This document shows, one piece after another, positions 1-9,132 of a stretch of 33,844 nucleotides of DNA. Source of the stretch: a bacterium (GTDB lineage Bacteria > Babelota > Babeliae > Babelales > JAUWHS01); assembly GCA_043818275.1 (NCBI GenBank), contig JBDRFY010000009.1, positions 1-33,844 on the forward strand, given 5' to 3'. Both the position numbers and the translations under genes were made by a program. Numbering within the stretch: the stretch's first letter is position 1; each line of letters starts with the position of its first letter. The notes beneath the pieces were generated by a model. That model searched no databases. It was given only the letters and a program-made list of their open reading frames with translations, and was not told where the DNA came from.

Positions 1-96
1 GTAAAACAAGCTGGAACTTATCCAATGGATGATTTCATTAAATATTGGCACGGAAGAGATTGGGCATTAAATGAGTATGATCCTGCAAATTATTAA
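1..96 (+). CDS. 3' end of a gene truncated by the window edge (hypothetical)
   Basis: Open frame 1, VKQAGTYPMDDFIKYWHGRDWALNEYDPANY, ends in TAA at 94-96, convergent with the next gene's stop at 100. Confidence 0.55.
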   Translation, partial: VKQAGTYPMDDFIKYWHGRDWALNEYDPANY

Positions 97-99
97 ATT

Positions 100-801
100 T
101 TAACAGGCTGTCGCTACCTTTTTTTTCATAGTAAATGGGATTGCCGCATTAAATTCATCAATCATTTTTTTCCAATGATTTATTTTTTCCATTTTGGTTT
201 TAAAATTTTGATCCCAGTCACCAATTACAAAATCAATTTTTACAGCCAAAGGTCTACCTTCAAAATTTAACTTGCCACCTTTTTTCAACATTTCTAATAT
301 TTCTGAATTTTTATCAACTTTAAAATCTTTGCCTATTATATATCCATTAGGCAAAGAGGCCCCCTGACCAGGTACAATAAAAATTCCATCTTTAGCTTTG
401 ACAATTTCATAAAGTTTTCCCTGGAAAACTGGATTCTGTTGTACGTAAGGACCCTTCCAATTTTTAGAATAAGCCAAATTCAATGGCCCGACTTCTGAAC
501 CTTTAAATTTTTCCACGCTCAAAAAATCAATGTAATCTCTGTCATTCTGAATTTCCAAAATACTGCAATCGCGATCAATTTTACTTAAAGAATCAAGAAT
601 TTTACTAATATCTGTATTAATTAAAATCGCTGAAAAATATGGCCTACTTTTAAAATTTCGCCAAACAAAAAAGAAAACTAATGCTAAAAATAAAGTAACG
701 CTAAAAATTATAAAATATTTTTTTAATATTTTTTTAATTACAGGAGCTTTTTCTTCCATTTTTTCATCTAATTTAGAAAAAAAATCTGTAAAACTTTTCA
801 T
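100..801 (-). CDS. Membrane-anchored hypothetical protein, possibly GspG/pseudopilin-like globular domain
   Basis: Single N-terminal TM helix (YFIIFSVTLFLALVFFFVW); the NWKGPY motif recalls GspG-type WxGPY; upstream AAGGA SD. Confidence 0.7.
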   Translation of the reverse strand: MKSFTDFFSKLDEKMEEKAPVIKKILKKYFIIFSVTLFLALVFFFVWRNFKSRPYFSAILINTDISKILDSLSKIDRDCSILEIQNDRDYIDFLSVEKFKGSEVGPLNLAYSKNWKGPYVQQNPVFQGKLYEIVKAKDGIFIVPGQGASLPNGYIIGKDFKVDKNSEILEMLKKGGKLNFEGRPLAVKIDFVIGDWDQNFKTKMEKINHWKKMIDEFNAAIPFTMKKKVATAC

Positions 802-894
802 AACAACATCCTTTCAATTAAAGGAATTTATTCTAAAATTTTCTGTTAACAAATGTTACAAAAAGTTTTTCATCAAAAGAAAGAATTTTGATAA

Positions 895-1548
895 TTAGGA
901 TTGATATATTTTTATTATATTTATAAAAAACTCAGACCAAAGATAAATACCGGCAATAATAAAAACAATTCCTGAAATTAATGATAAAAATTTTAATCTT
1001 TTGTAACTTATGCCTTTTCCAAGTAAAAAACCTGCAGCCGCAACAGCGGTCAAAATAGTACCAGATCCCAAAAAAACCATAAAACTGCTGATACCATATT
1101 GAAAAAGAGTTAATGTTTTAACTCCATTGGGCAATACCTGAACACTTATAATCATAAAAAACAAAAGAACTAAAGGATTAATCACTGTAAGTAAAAAGGC
1201 TTTACTGGCCAAAAGAAGAAAACTTTTTCTTTTCTCACCATCCTGAACTTCAAATTTACGAACTTTTTTTATTGAATTGTAACCAAGAAAAAATAAAAGC
1301 AATCCACCAAAAACATCCAGAACAGAAATTACACGGGCAGATTCACCAATAAAAGCAAGAGCTCCCGCAAGACCTAAAAAGAAAAAAAGACTGTCTGCAG
1401 CTGCAGCACCCAATGCTGTAACAAAACCAGCCCAAAAACCTTTAGTTGCTCCACGATTAAAGGTAAGAACAAAAATCGGGCCCAACCCGGTTGCTCCCAA
1501 AATTCCAATAATGTAACATTTAAAAATAAAACCAAAATCCATAAACAT
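895..1548 (-). CDS. LysE/RhtB family translocator
   Basis: GPIFVLTFNRG...G..AG...ALGAAAAD and LLTVINP motifs; about 6 TM segments. Confidence 0.9.
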   Translation of the reverse strand: MFMDFGFIFKCYIIGILGATGLGPIFVLTFNRGATKGFWAGFVTALGAAAADSLFFFLGLAGALAFIGESARVISVLDVFGGLLLFFLGYNSIKKVRKFEVQDGEKRKSFLLLASKAFLLTVINPLVLLFFMIISVQVLPNGVKTLTLFQYGISSFMVFLGSGTILTAVAAAGFLLGKGISYKRLKFLSLISGIVFIIAGIYLWSEFFINIIKIYQS

Positions 1549-1594
1549 TTTTAACTTCCAATTTAAAAATCACAAAAATTACTTAATTTTTAGA

Positions 1595-1615
1595 CTAAAC
1601 AAACTATTTGTTTAG
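1595..1615. promoter_or_regulatory. 9-3-9 inverted repeat in the divergent lysE/glmM promoter region, possible operator
   Basis: CTAAACAAA-cta-TTTGTTTAG perfect arms. Confidence 0.3.
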
Positions 1616-1693
1616 AATAATAGCCAAATATACAAGAAAAGTCTGGTAAGCATAAAATAACACAATTTTAATGAAAAAATACAAGGTAAGCAA

Positions 1694-3046
1694 ATGATGA
1701 GTAGAACAAAAAATAAAAAAATATCGTTTGGGACAGACGGAATAAGAGGCAAAGCTGATCAATTCCCATTCGATCAAATAACTTTATTTCATTTGGGTAA
1801 AGCTATAGCAAAATGGTGTATTGATAAATTTAAAAAAGAAAGTCATCAAATTTTAATCGGTCATGATACCCGGGAATCATGTTCGCAAATAAAACAAAAT
1901 TTAGAAAATGGGTTGTTGATGTTTCCTATAAAAATTCTTGACGCAAAAGTTCTACCAACACCTGCAATTTATCAATTAATAAAACAAAATAAAAATTTAG
2001 ATTGCGGAATAATGATTTCAGCTTCACACAATCCATATTTTGATAACGGTATTAAAATTTTTAATTCAAAAACAGGTAAGTTAAACAAAATTGATGAAGA
2101 AATTATATTAAAAAATTACAATGATTTTTTAAATGATGAATTAATAACAAAAAATCAAATTAATAGTAATGTTTTATCAAACCGGCAAAGTTATGAAAAA
2201 TATAAAAAAAATATTATCTCCTTATTCCCACCAAGATTGTTATCCGGTCTAACAGTAATTCTTGATTGCGCAAATGGCGCCACCTATAAAATTGCTCCTG
2301 ATATTTTTAAAACCCTGGGCGCTAATGTTATAAAAATTGCCACAAATCCAAATGGTAAAAATATTAATGAAAAATGCGGCGCGCTGCATCCACAAATATT
2401 ACAAAATACTGTAATTCAAAATAAGGCTGACATTGGTTTTGCATTCGATGGTGATGGAGACAGAGTAATTGCTGTTAATAAAAAAGGACAGATAAAAGAC
2501 GGTGATGATTTATTAGCAATTCTTAGTCAAAACCCAAGTTACAAAAAATTAAATAAAATTATTGGCACAGTCATGACAAACAAGGGTTTTGAGGAATTCT
2601 TAAAAAAACAAAATAAAACTTTAATCAGAACTAAAGTTGGAGACAAATACATCGCCTCTAAACTCGCAGAAGAAAAAATGAAAATAGGCGGAGAAACTTC
2701 TGGTCATATAATATTAAAAGACTATTTAAATACAGGAGATGGAATTTTTGTAGCTCTAAAAACAATTCAAACAATAATTGATTGCAAAAATTGGGAATTA
2801 AAATCATTTAAAAAATTTCCTCAGGTATTAATTAATATTCCAATTAAAGAAAAAAAAGATTTAAATCAATCTCCAATTTCAGACATCATAGAAAACGAAA
2901 AAAATAAATTAATTAACGGCAGAGCAATTATCAGATATTCTGGAACAGAAAATTTATTACGAATAATGATTGAAGATACAAATAAAAAATCCGCAAAAAA
3001 TATAGCCCTGAAATTATCTGTAAAACTTAAAAATGTTTTAAATTAA
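1694..3046 (+). CDS. glmM: Phosphoglucosamine mutase
   Basis: FGTDGIRG, ISASHNP (phospho-Ser), AFDGDGDR, GGETSGH and RYSGTE motifs. Confidence 0.95.
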   Translation: MMSRTKNKKISFGTDGIRGKADQFPFDQITLFHLGKAIAKWCIDKFKKESHQILIGHDTRESCSQIKQNLENGLLMFPIKILDAKVLPTPAIYQLIKQNKNLDCGIMISASHNPYFDNGIKIFNSKTGKLNKIDEEIILKNYNDFLNDELITKNQINSNVLSNRQSYEKYKKNIISLFPPRLLSGLTVILDCANGATYKIAPDIFKTLGANVIKIATNPNGKNINEKCGALHPQILQNTVIQNKADIGFAFDGDGDRVIAVNKKGQIKDGDDLLAILSQNPSYKKLNKIIGTVMTNKGFEEFLKKQNKTLIRTKVGDKYIASKLAEEKMKIGGETSGHIILKDYLNTGDGIFVALKTIQTIIDCKNWELKSFKKFPQVLINIPIKEKKDLNQSPISDIIENEKNKLINGRAIIRYSGTENLLRIMIEDTNKKSAKNIALKLSVKLKNVLN

Positions 3047-3055
3047 GGAGCAATA

Positions 3056-3718
3056 ATGGAAAAAACAAATTTTGTTCAAAAAATTGTCCATTTTTTTAAG
3101 AGTTTAATATTACAAGGATTGTTTACAGTTCTTCCAATTGCAGCAACAATATTTTTTGTACAATTTCTTTATAAAACACTTCATTCCTGGTTAACCCCTC
3201 TGCAACAATTTGTACCGGCCTTATTTAAAGATATCCCTGGATTTGAAATAATTTTAATTCTCTTTTTATTATTCTTACTTGGAGCCCTATTAAAATTCTT
3301 TTTAATTGAAACAATAATCGACTTTTTCGAAAACCTGATTGACAAAATTCCAATAATAAGAACAATTTATTCTTCATTTAAAACATTAGTAGATTTTTTC
3401 AATGTGCCTGATCCGGCAAAAGAAACTAAAAAAGTTGTATTGATTCAGTTCCCAAGACAGGGAATTTATAGCATAGCATTTTTACTGGGATCAGCCCAGG
3501 AGACATATCAAAAAAAATTAGAACTTGAAGGCATAAAAACAGAAGAAAAAATGTTACGAGTATTTATGCCAGGATCTCCTAATCCAACAACCGGATTCTT
3601 TTTTGTAATGGCTGAAAAAGAGATAATCCCAACTGATATAACATTTGAAGAAGCAATAAAAATAATTGTTTCCTGCGGCCTTATAAATCCCGGTGAGATT
3701 AAATTTAAAAAAAATTAA
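3056..3718 (+). CDS. DUF502 family membrane protein
   Basis: GL..vLP..aT, KIP.IR.IY...K, VVLIQFPR.G and VFMPGSPNPTTGF motifs typical of DUF502; AAGGAG SD. Confidence 0.9.
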   Translation: MEKTNFVQKIVHFFKSLILQGLFTVLPIAATIFFVQFLYKTLHSWLTPLQQFVPALFKDIPGFEIILILFLLFLLGALLKFFLIETIIDFFENLIDKIPIIRTIYSSFKTLVDFFNVPDPAKETKKVVLIQFPRQGIYSIAFLLGSAQETYQKKLELEGIKTEEKMLRVFMPGSPNPTTGFFFVMAEKEIIPTDITFEEAIKIIVSCGLINPGEIKFKKN

Positions 3719-3722
3719 ATAA

Positions 3723-4790
3723 ATGATCTTAGTTAAATACATTCTTAAGCGATTTTTTAAATATCTAATTTTAGTAAATTTAATCCTGGTAATCTTATTT
3801 AATTCTATAGATTTTTTTGAAAAATTTATTCGACTCACAAATGTCTCAATTTTAGATATTTTTTACACAATTGCCTTAGGATTAATTCCATCTTTTTTTG
3901 AAAACTTGGCCATAAGTTGCTGGCTGGCAACCGCCCTTCTAATAAAAGAGCTACAGCAACAAAATGAATGGGAAACTTTTCCATTGTTAAATATTCATTA
4001 CAAAAAATTTTTAAATCTATTTTTAGTTACAGGAATTTTTTTAGGCCTTTTTAATTTTTTAGGTAAAGAAGGGTTAGCAAATCCTTTTATGGTTAAATCT
4101 GAACAATTCAAAAAAGAAAAATTAAAAAAAAGGAGCGATCATAAAATAATTAATAAATGGATGTACTTAAACAACAACACTTTTTGTTATTTCAATGTTT
4201 TAGATTTAAAAGAAAAAATCGGCTCAGATCTGATTTTAATCAATTTAAACACCGATTTTTCAACTCAAAAAATTTTAATTTCCCCAATATTTAAAATAAG
4301 CCAAAAGAAAAAACAAATCTTTATTTCAAAAGGTATAGAAATATATCCGCAAACAAATGAACAAATAAAGATAGAAAACATACATGTTGTACTTGACTGT
4401 TTTTTCACACAAATCCAAATTTTGTCAGAACAAAATTCATTAAATCAGATTTTAAAAACCTTGTTGGCAAGTAAAAATATAATTCCTGAAAACAGCTGGA
4501 ATGAACTTTTTTTACTATTTTTAAAAAGATTATTGTTTCATTTACAATTTATTTTATTTCCACTTCTGACTCTTTGCTTTTTTTTCATTCCCTTTAATTT
4601 AAAAAATTATAAATGGATTTTAATTCTTACTCCTTATCCTTTATTAACATTATTAACAGCCATAACAGATTTTATAATACAAAGCGGTTTTTCTGCCTGG
4701 TTTACAACAATTCCATATTTGACGTTACTTTGTATAATCATTTTTTTATGGCTCAAAATTAATTCTAATTATTACTCAAAATCTGCTTGA
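3723..4790 (+). CDS. LptF/LptG (YjgP/YjgQ) family permease
   Basis: KYILKRF start, 3 TM + periplasmic beta-rich region + 3 TM layout, L...NE motif; divergent. Confidence 0.75.
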   Translation: MILVKYILKRFFKYLILVNLILVILFNSIDFFEKFIRLTNVSILDIFYTIALGLIPSFFENLAISCWLATALLIKELQQQNEWETFPLLNIHYKKFLNLFLVTGIFLGLFNFLGKEGLANPFMVKSEQFKKEKLKKRSDHKIINKWMYLNNNTFCYFNVLDLKEKIGSDLILINLNTDFSTQKILISPIFKISQKKKQIFISKGIEIYPQTNEQIKIENIHVVLDCFFTQIQILSEQNSLNQILKTLLASKNIIPENSWNELFLLFLKRLLFHLQFILFPLLTLCFFFIPFNLKNYKWILILTPYPLLTLLTAITDFIIQSGFSAWFTTIPYLTLLCIIIFLWLKINSNYYSKSA

Positions 4791-4814
4791 AAAAACTTTA
4801 ATTTCTTTTAGACT
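4787..4814 (+). promoter_or_regulatory. Putative sigma70 promoter for the 4876 gene
   Basis: TTGAAA-N16-TAGACT. Confidence 0.3.
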
Positions 4815-4875
4815 TGAGCTCTAAAATTGTTCTCTTTTAAAAATTTTTATCTTTAACTTTCTTGAGGAGTCAAAC

Positions 4876-5883
4876 GTGAAAAAAAATGCGCTTCTGGCAA
4901 CTTGTTTATTAGCAACCGCGATTGCATCTGCACAAGATTCTTTGTTTAAATATGGATCAAATGATTCTTTGCAAAACAAAATCACATACGGAAAAACATA
5001 CAGTGAATTAAACACCCTTGGAAAATATACAAGTTATACAATATTAAAACCGCTACACAAAGAATTAAGAACTTTTTTATGTGGAACAGAATCTGAAAAA
5101 ACATACAAAACATCTGTAATTAAAAAATCAACCGATCTTCAAAACATTGCTCCGATGAGACAAATGGGTGATTTTTCAGGAACATTCAAAAAATCAAATG
5201 TTAAATATCAGGGCTGGAGAGATGAAGTATTAATCGGAAAAATAATAGAAACAATACTTTTAGGCGAAAGAAAATACAAAGGTAAAATAATTGTAGATGA
5301 ATACACAAATACTGATGCGCCAATTTTCATGTGGACATTAAAAAACAATACCGAACTTAAGGCTATCGCAACATACTTACTAAAAAATTTGGTAAAAAGA
5401 GATTATCAAATTAAAGAAAAACCATTATTGGTTTTAAACCTTCTTGAAGATCCTGAACTTAAAACATTAAATGAGGCTGATAAAGAATTTCTTTCAGAAC
5501 TTTTTGAACTTGTTGATCCAACAAATAAAGATATTAAAAATTATTTAAAAGACTGCAAAACCTTATATTTTGATATCAAATCAAATATTGGAGCTTGTCA
5601 AAAATATATTGATGAAAATTTAAGAGAAGGAATTGTCAGATCTTTAGAAAAGAAGTTTGAAGATTTCAAATTTAAAGACAATGTTGGAAAAATTATAGTT
5701 GCACTATTATTATTCGATGGAATATATAATCATATTAATTTAATTAACTTTATTAAAACACAATTTAATAATGCTGGAAATTTATTTACCCCTAAATTAG
5801 AAATTCCTAATCAATCAACAACCCAACCCCAATCTAATGAAGCTACACAAATAGGTGGTCTCGGATTCAAAACAATCACTTAA
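4876..5883 (+). CDS. Secreted or membrane hypothetical protein
   Basis: GAGGAG SD + GTG start; signal peptide MKKNALLATCLLATAIASA; Q/S/T-rich tail. Confidence 0.8.
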   Translation: MKKNALLATCLLATAIASAQDSLFKYGSNDSLQNKITYGKTYSELNTLGKYTSYTILKPLHKELRTFLCGTESEKTYKTSVIKKSTDLQNIAPMRQMGDFSGTFKKSNVKYQGWRDEVLIGKIIETILLGERKYKGKIIVDEYTNTDAPIFMWTLKNNTELKAIATYLLKNLVKRDYQIKEKPLLVLNLLEDPELKTLNEADKEFLSELFELVDPTNKDIKNYLKDCKTLYFDIKSNIGACQKYIDENLREGIVRSLEKKFEDFKFKDNVGKIIVALLLFDGIYNHINLINFIKTQFNNAGNLFTPKLEIPNQSTTQPQSNEATQIGGLGFKTIT

Positions 5884-5897
5884 TTAACAATTATAAA

Positions 5898-5944
5898 TAT
5901 AAAAAACAAGGCCGAAAGTAAAACTTCCGGCCTTGTTTTTTATA
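5898..5944. terminator. Bidirectional intrinsic terminator
   Basis: TATAAAAAACAAGGCCG...CGGCCTTGTTTTTTATA stem with A/T tracts on both sides, between convergent genes. Confidence 0.85.
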
Positions 5945-5961
5945 CATAACAAAACTAAACT

Positions 5962-6699
5962 TTATATTCTTTCAAACAAAGCTAAAAATTCTTTATTCCC
6001 ACTGGTTGCGCCCAAAATTGGCGATTCAATTAAATCTTTCATTTCAAAGCCAAAATCCTTCATTCCATTTTTTATTCTTTCAATTACGCCCTCATGAATC
6101 TTTTCATCTTTTACAACGCCACCACGTTTAATATCTTTTTTTTCTGCTTCAAATTGAGGTTTGATCAAGGTTATAATTTTTCCGCTTGGTTTTATTAATT
6201 TTGATACTGCGGGCATAACTTTTAAAAGAGAGATAAAAGATAAATCCAAGGTTACAAGATCAACTAATTCAGGTAATTTTTCCAAGTGCCGTAAATTTGT
6301 TTGTTCCATAACAACAACACGTGGATCACGCGAAATTTTTTCATGAACTTGAGCCATTCCAACATCAACGCCGTAAACTTTTTTTGCACCATGTTGTAAC
6401 AAACAATCCGTAAAACCACCGGTTGAAAGACCGGAGTCTAAAACAACTAAATCTTTTACATTAATTCCAAAATGATCTAGGGCTTTTTCCAGTTTAAAAC
6501 CGGCGCGACTTACATATTTTGGCTCATCTACCTCAAGAATTATATCTGAATTAACATCAAGAATAGTTCCAGGTTTGTCCAAAACTTTACCTTCAAGTTT
6601 TACCTTGCCCAGCATTATAAAACCCTGAATCTGATTTCTGGTTAAATTTGGATATTTATCTTTAATTAATAAATCCAATCGTTTCTTTTCCTTTGCCAT
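5962..6699 (-). CDS. tlyA: TlyA family rRNA 2'-O-methyltransferase (S4 + FtsJ domains)
   Basis: KKRLD, YVSRAGFKL, STGGFTDCLLQ.GA, DLSFISL, LIKPQFE and GNKEFL motifs. Confidence 0.95.
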   Translation of the reverse strand: MAKEKKRLDLLIKDKYPNLTRNQIQGFIMLGKVKLEGKVLDKPGTILDVNSDIILEVDEPKYVSRAGFKLEKALDHFGINVKDLVVLDSGLSTGGFTDCLLQHGAKKVYGVDVGMAQVHEKISRDPRVVVMEQTNLRHLEKLPELVDLVTLDLSFISLLKVMPAVSKLIKPSGKIITLIKPQFEAEKKDIKRGGVVKDEKIHEGVIERIKNGMKDFGFEMKDLIESPILGATSGNKEFLALFERI

Positions 6700-6772
6700 T
6701 GTAAAAAACCTTTTTTATGTCTTAAAATTTTCATTCTATGTGTAATTTTTAATTAAAAATTACTTAAGTTGC

Positions 6773-7041
6773 TACTTAAAAAACCAAGTTGTTACCTATG
6801 TATTTTTGCCCCATCGGGGCTAAAGTTATTAACCTCGGGTTTTAACCCGTGGTTATAAATTAATTCAAGAACCTCGTGCCATTTCATGGTACGAAAGAAT
6901 TATTATTTAATTTCTTTCACCCCATAGAATTGGGTGTTCTTATATAATCTTTATTTTCCACGGGTTAAAACCCGAGGCTATTATCTCTAACCCCATAAGG
7001 GGTTTATTTATAAATTTCAAAAGTCACAACTTGGATACTTA
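6773..7041. mobile_element. Non-coding nested palindromic REP/REPIN- or MITE-like element 1
   Basis: TACTTA direct repeats (6773-6778, 7036-7041); terminal IR CCAAGTTGTTAC (6784-6795) / GTCACAACTTGG (7023-7034), 11/12; perfect 20-bp IR 6833-6852 / 6958-6977; GC-rich hairpins at 6808-6820, 6874-6894, 6918-6936 and 6989-7004. Confidence 0.7.
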
Positions 7042-7130
7042 ATAGTTTCATTCAATATGTAATTATTTAGCAAAATTAACATGTTTTTCATCAAATTACT
7101 TTATAAAACGTTACCAAATACACTTACCAT

Positions 7131-7159
7131 TTGTCAAAAACCATTAACTCGATTAGACT
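7131..7159 (+). promoter_or_regulatory. Putative sigma70 promoter of typA
   Basis: TTGTCA-N17-TAGACT, about 170 nt upstream of the start codon. Confidence 0.4.
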
Positions 7160-7327
7160 ACTATTTTGAGGTTATTTATCTAACAACTCACCAAAAATTA
7201 TTAAATTGGGGAAAAAATAGGGGGATAAAATAATCTTTATTAAATTGCCAACCAATGCATAATTAAATTTCTTTTTATAGCTGGCAATTCTTACCTCTAA
7301 ATTAATTAAAAATAAAGAAAGCCAAAA

Positions 7328-9130
7328 ATGACCAATAAACGGAATAATATTCGAAACATTGCCATTATCGCTCACGTTGACCACGGAAAAACCACATTAG
7401 TAGATGAAATGTTAAAACAATCTGGAACTATTACAGCAACCATCGATCGTGTAATGGATTCTGGAGATATCGAAAAAGAACGCGGTATTACAATTTTGGC
7501 TAAAAATACATCAATTAAACTTCCAAATATGAAAATAAATATTGTTGATACACCTGGACACATGGACTTTGGTGGAGAAGTAGAAAGAACACTACAAATG
7601 GTTGAAGGTTTTTTATTGCTTGTTGATGCTGCTGAAGGACCATTACCCGGAACCAAATTTGTTTTAAAAAAAGCACTACAATTAAATCTAAAACCAATAG
7701 TTATTATTAATAAAATTGACAGAAAAGACGCGGATATCCAACGCGTTGAATCAATGATTCATGATCTTTTTTTAGATTTGGCAACAACAGAAGAACAACT
7801 GGAATTTCATACATTATACGGATCTTCAAAAAATGGTTTCTTTTCTGAAGATCCTGATGCAAAATCAGGCAATATGCAACCCTTATTCGACGCAATTTGT
7901 AAATACATTCCAGCGCCAAAACAAACAACAAATGATCTCAGATTACTTATAACAAATTTAGACTATTCTGATTACCTTGGAAGAATAGGTATCGGAAAAG
8001 TTATAAGCGGCTCAATTAAATTAGGTAAACAAGTTATCTGTTGCAAAGATAAAGAAATCAGCAAACCTCTTACAGTTACAAAAATTTATCAATTTGAAGG
8101 ATTAAATAAAGTTGAATGCCAAAGCGCTCAATTTGGAGATATTGTTGCAATTACCGGATTTGAAAAAGAGATAAGTATCGGAACAACAATTTGTGATGTA
8201 AATAAACCACAACCAATAAAATATGTTGATATCGATGAACCAACAATTTCGATTTTTATATCCGCGAATAAATCTCCTTTTGCCGGAAAAGAAGGGATTT
8301 TTCTTACATCACAACAAATAAAAGAAAGACTTTTTAAAGAATTAAAAACAAACGTTGCGCTAAGAGTTGAAAACACAAATTCAACAGAAGCTTTTAAAGT
8401 TTCTGGAAGAGGTGTCCTTCATCTGGGAATTTTAATTGAAACAATGAGAAGGGAAGGATTTGAATTAGAAATATCAGCTCCCCAAGTAATTTTCAAAGAA
8501 ATTGATGAAAAAAAATATGAACCTATGGAATTGCTTATTTTAGACATTGAAGAAGAACATCAGGGAATTGTAATGGAACTATTGGGAAACAGAAAAGCTG
8601 AATTACAAAATTTAATACATACAGGAAATAAAAAACTTCGCCTGGAATTTAAAATTCCATCAAGAGGAATTGTTGGTTTTAGAACTCAATTTATAAGAAA
8701 TACACGCGGAACTGGATTAATGAACCAACAATTTCATGGATTTGAACCATATTGTGGAGAAATTCCCCGAAGAACCAAGGGTTCATTAATTTCAATTGAA
8801 ACTAATCAGTCAACCGGCTTTGCATTGGACAGTTTGCAATCCAGAGGAACTCTGTTTGTAAAACCAGCTGAAAAAATTTATTGCGGAATGATTGTGGGGG
8901 AACATAGCAGAAATAACGATCTCGATGTAAATCCAACAAAGAAAAAGAAATTAACAAACATGCGCGCGTCAGGTTCTGATGATGCAGTAAAACTAGCCCC
9001 ACCTAAAACTATGACGCTTGAAGAATCAATGGAATGGATTAATAGCGATGAATTAATAGAAGTTACACCAAAATCAATTCGCCTAAGAAAAAAATTTTTG
9101 AATTCAACTGAAAGAAAAAGAAACAAATAA
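7328..9130 (+). CDS. typA: Translational GTPase TypA/BipA
   Basis: IRNIAIIAHVDHGKTTLVD, ERGITILAK, DTPGH, NKID and KKLTNMRASGSD...IEVTPKSIRLRK motifs. Confidence 0.97.
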   Translation: MTNKRNNIRNIAIIAHVDHGKTTLVDEMLKQSGTITATIDRVMDSGDIEKERGITILAKNTSIKLPNMKINIVDTPGHMDFGGEVERTLQMVEGFLLLVDAAEGPLPGTKFVLKKALQLNLKPIVIINKIDRKDADIQRVESMIHDLFLDLATTEEQLEFHTLYGSSKNGFFSEDPDAKSGNMQPLFDAICKYIPAPKQTTNDLRLLITNLDYSDYLGRIGIGKVISGSIKLGKQVICCKDKEISKPLTVTKIYQFEGLNKVECQSAQFGDIVAITGFEKEISIGTTICDVNKPQPIKYVDIDEPTISIFISANKSPFAGKEGIFLTSQQIKERLFKELKTNVALRVENTNSTEAFKVSGRGVLHLGILIETMRREGFELEISAPQVIFKEIDEKKYEPMELLILDIEEEHQGIVMELLGNRKAELQNLIHTGNKKLRLEFKIPSRGIVGFRTQFIRNTRGTGLMNQQFHGFEPYCGEIPRRTKGSLISIETNQSTGFALDSLQSRGTLFVKPAEKIYCGMIVGEHSRNNDLDVNPTKKKKLTNMRASGSDDAVKLAPPKTMTLEESMEWINSDELIEVTPKSIRLRKKFLNSTERKRNK

Positions 9131-9132
9131 AT

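Noticed and set aside
5962..6699. TlyA as a haemolysin or virulence locus
   Set aside because: The sequence supports only the ordinary rRNA methyltransferase family; haemolytic activity cannot be inferred.
6867..6941. tRNA-like cloverleaf (three hairpins closed by AAGAAC/GTTCTT)
   Set aside because: No T-psi-C or D-loop consensus and no CCA; better explained as the centre of the palindromic element.
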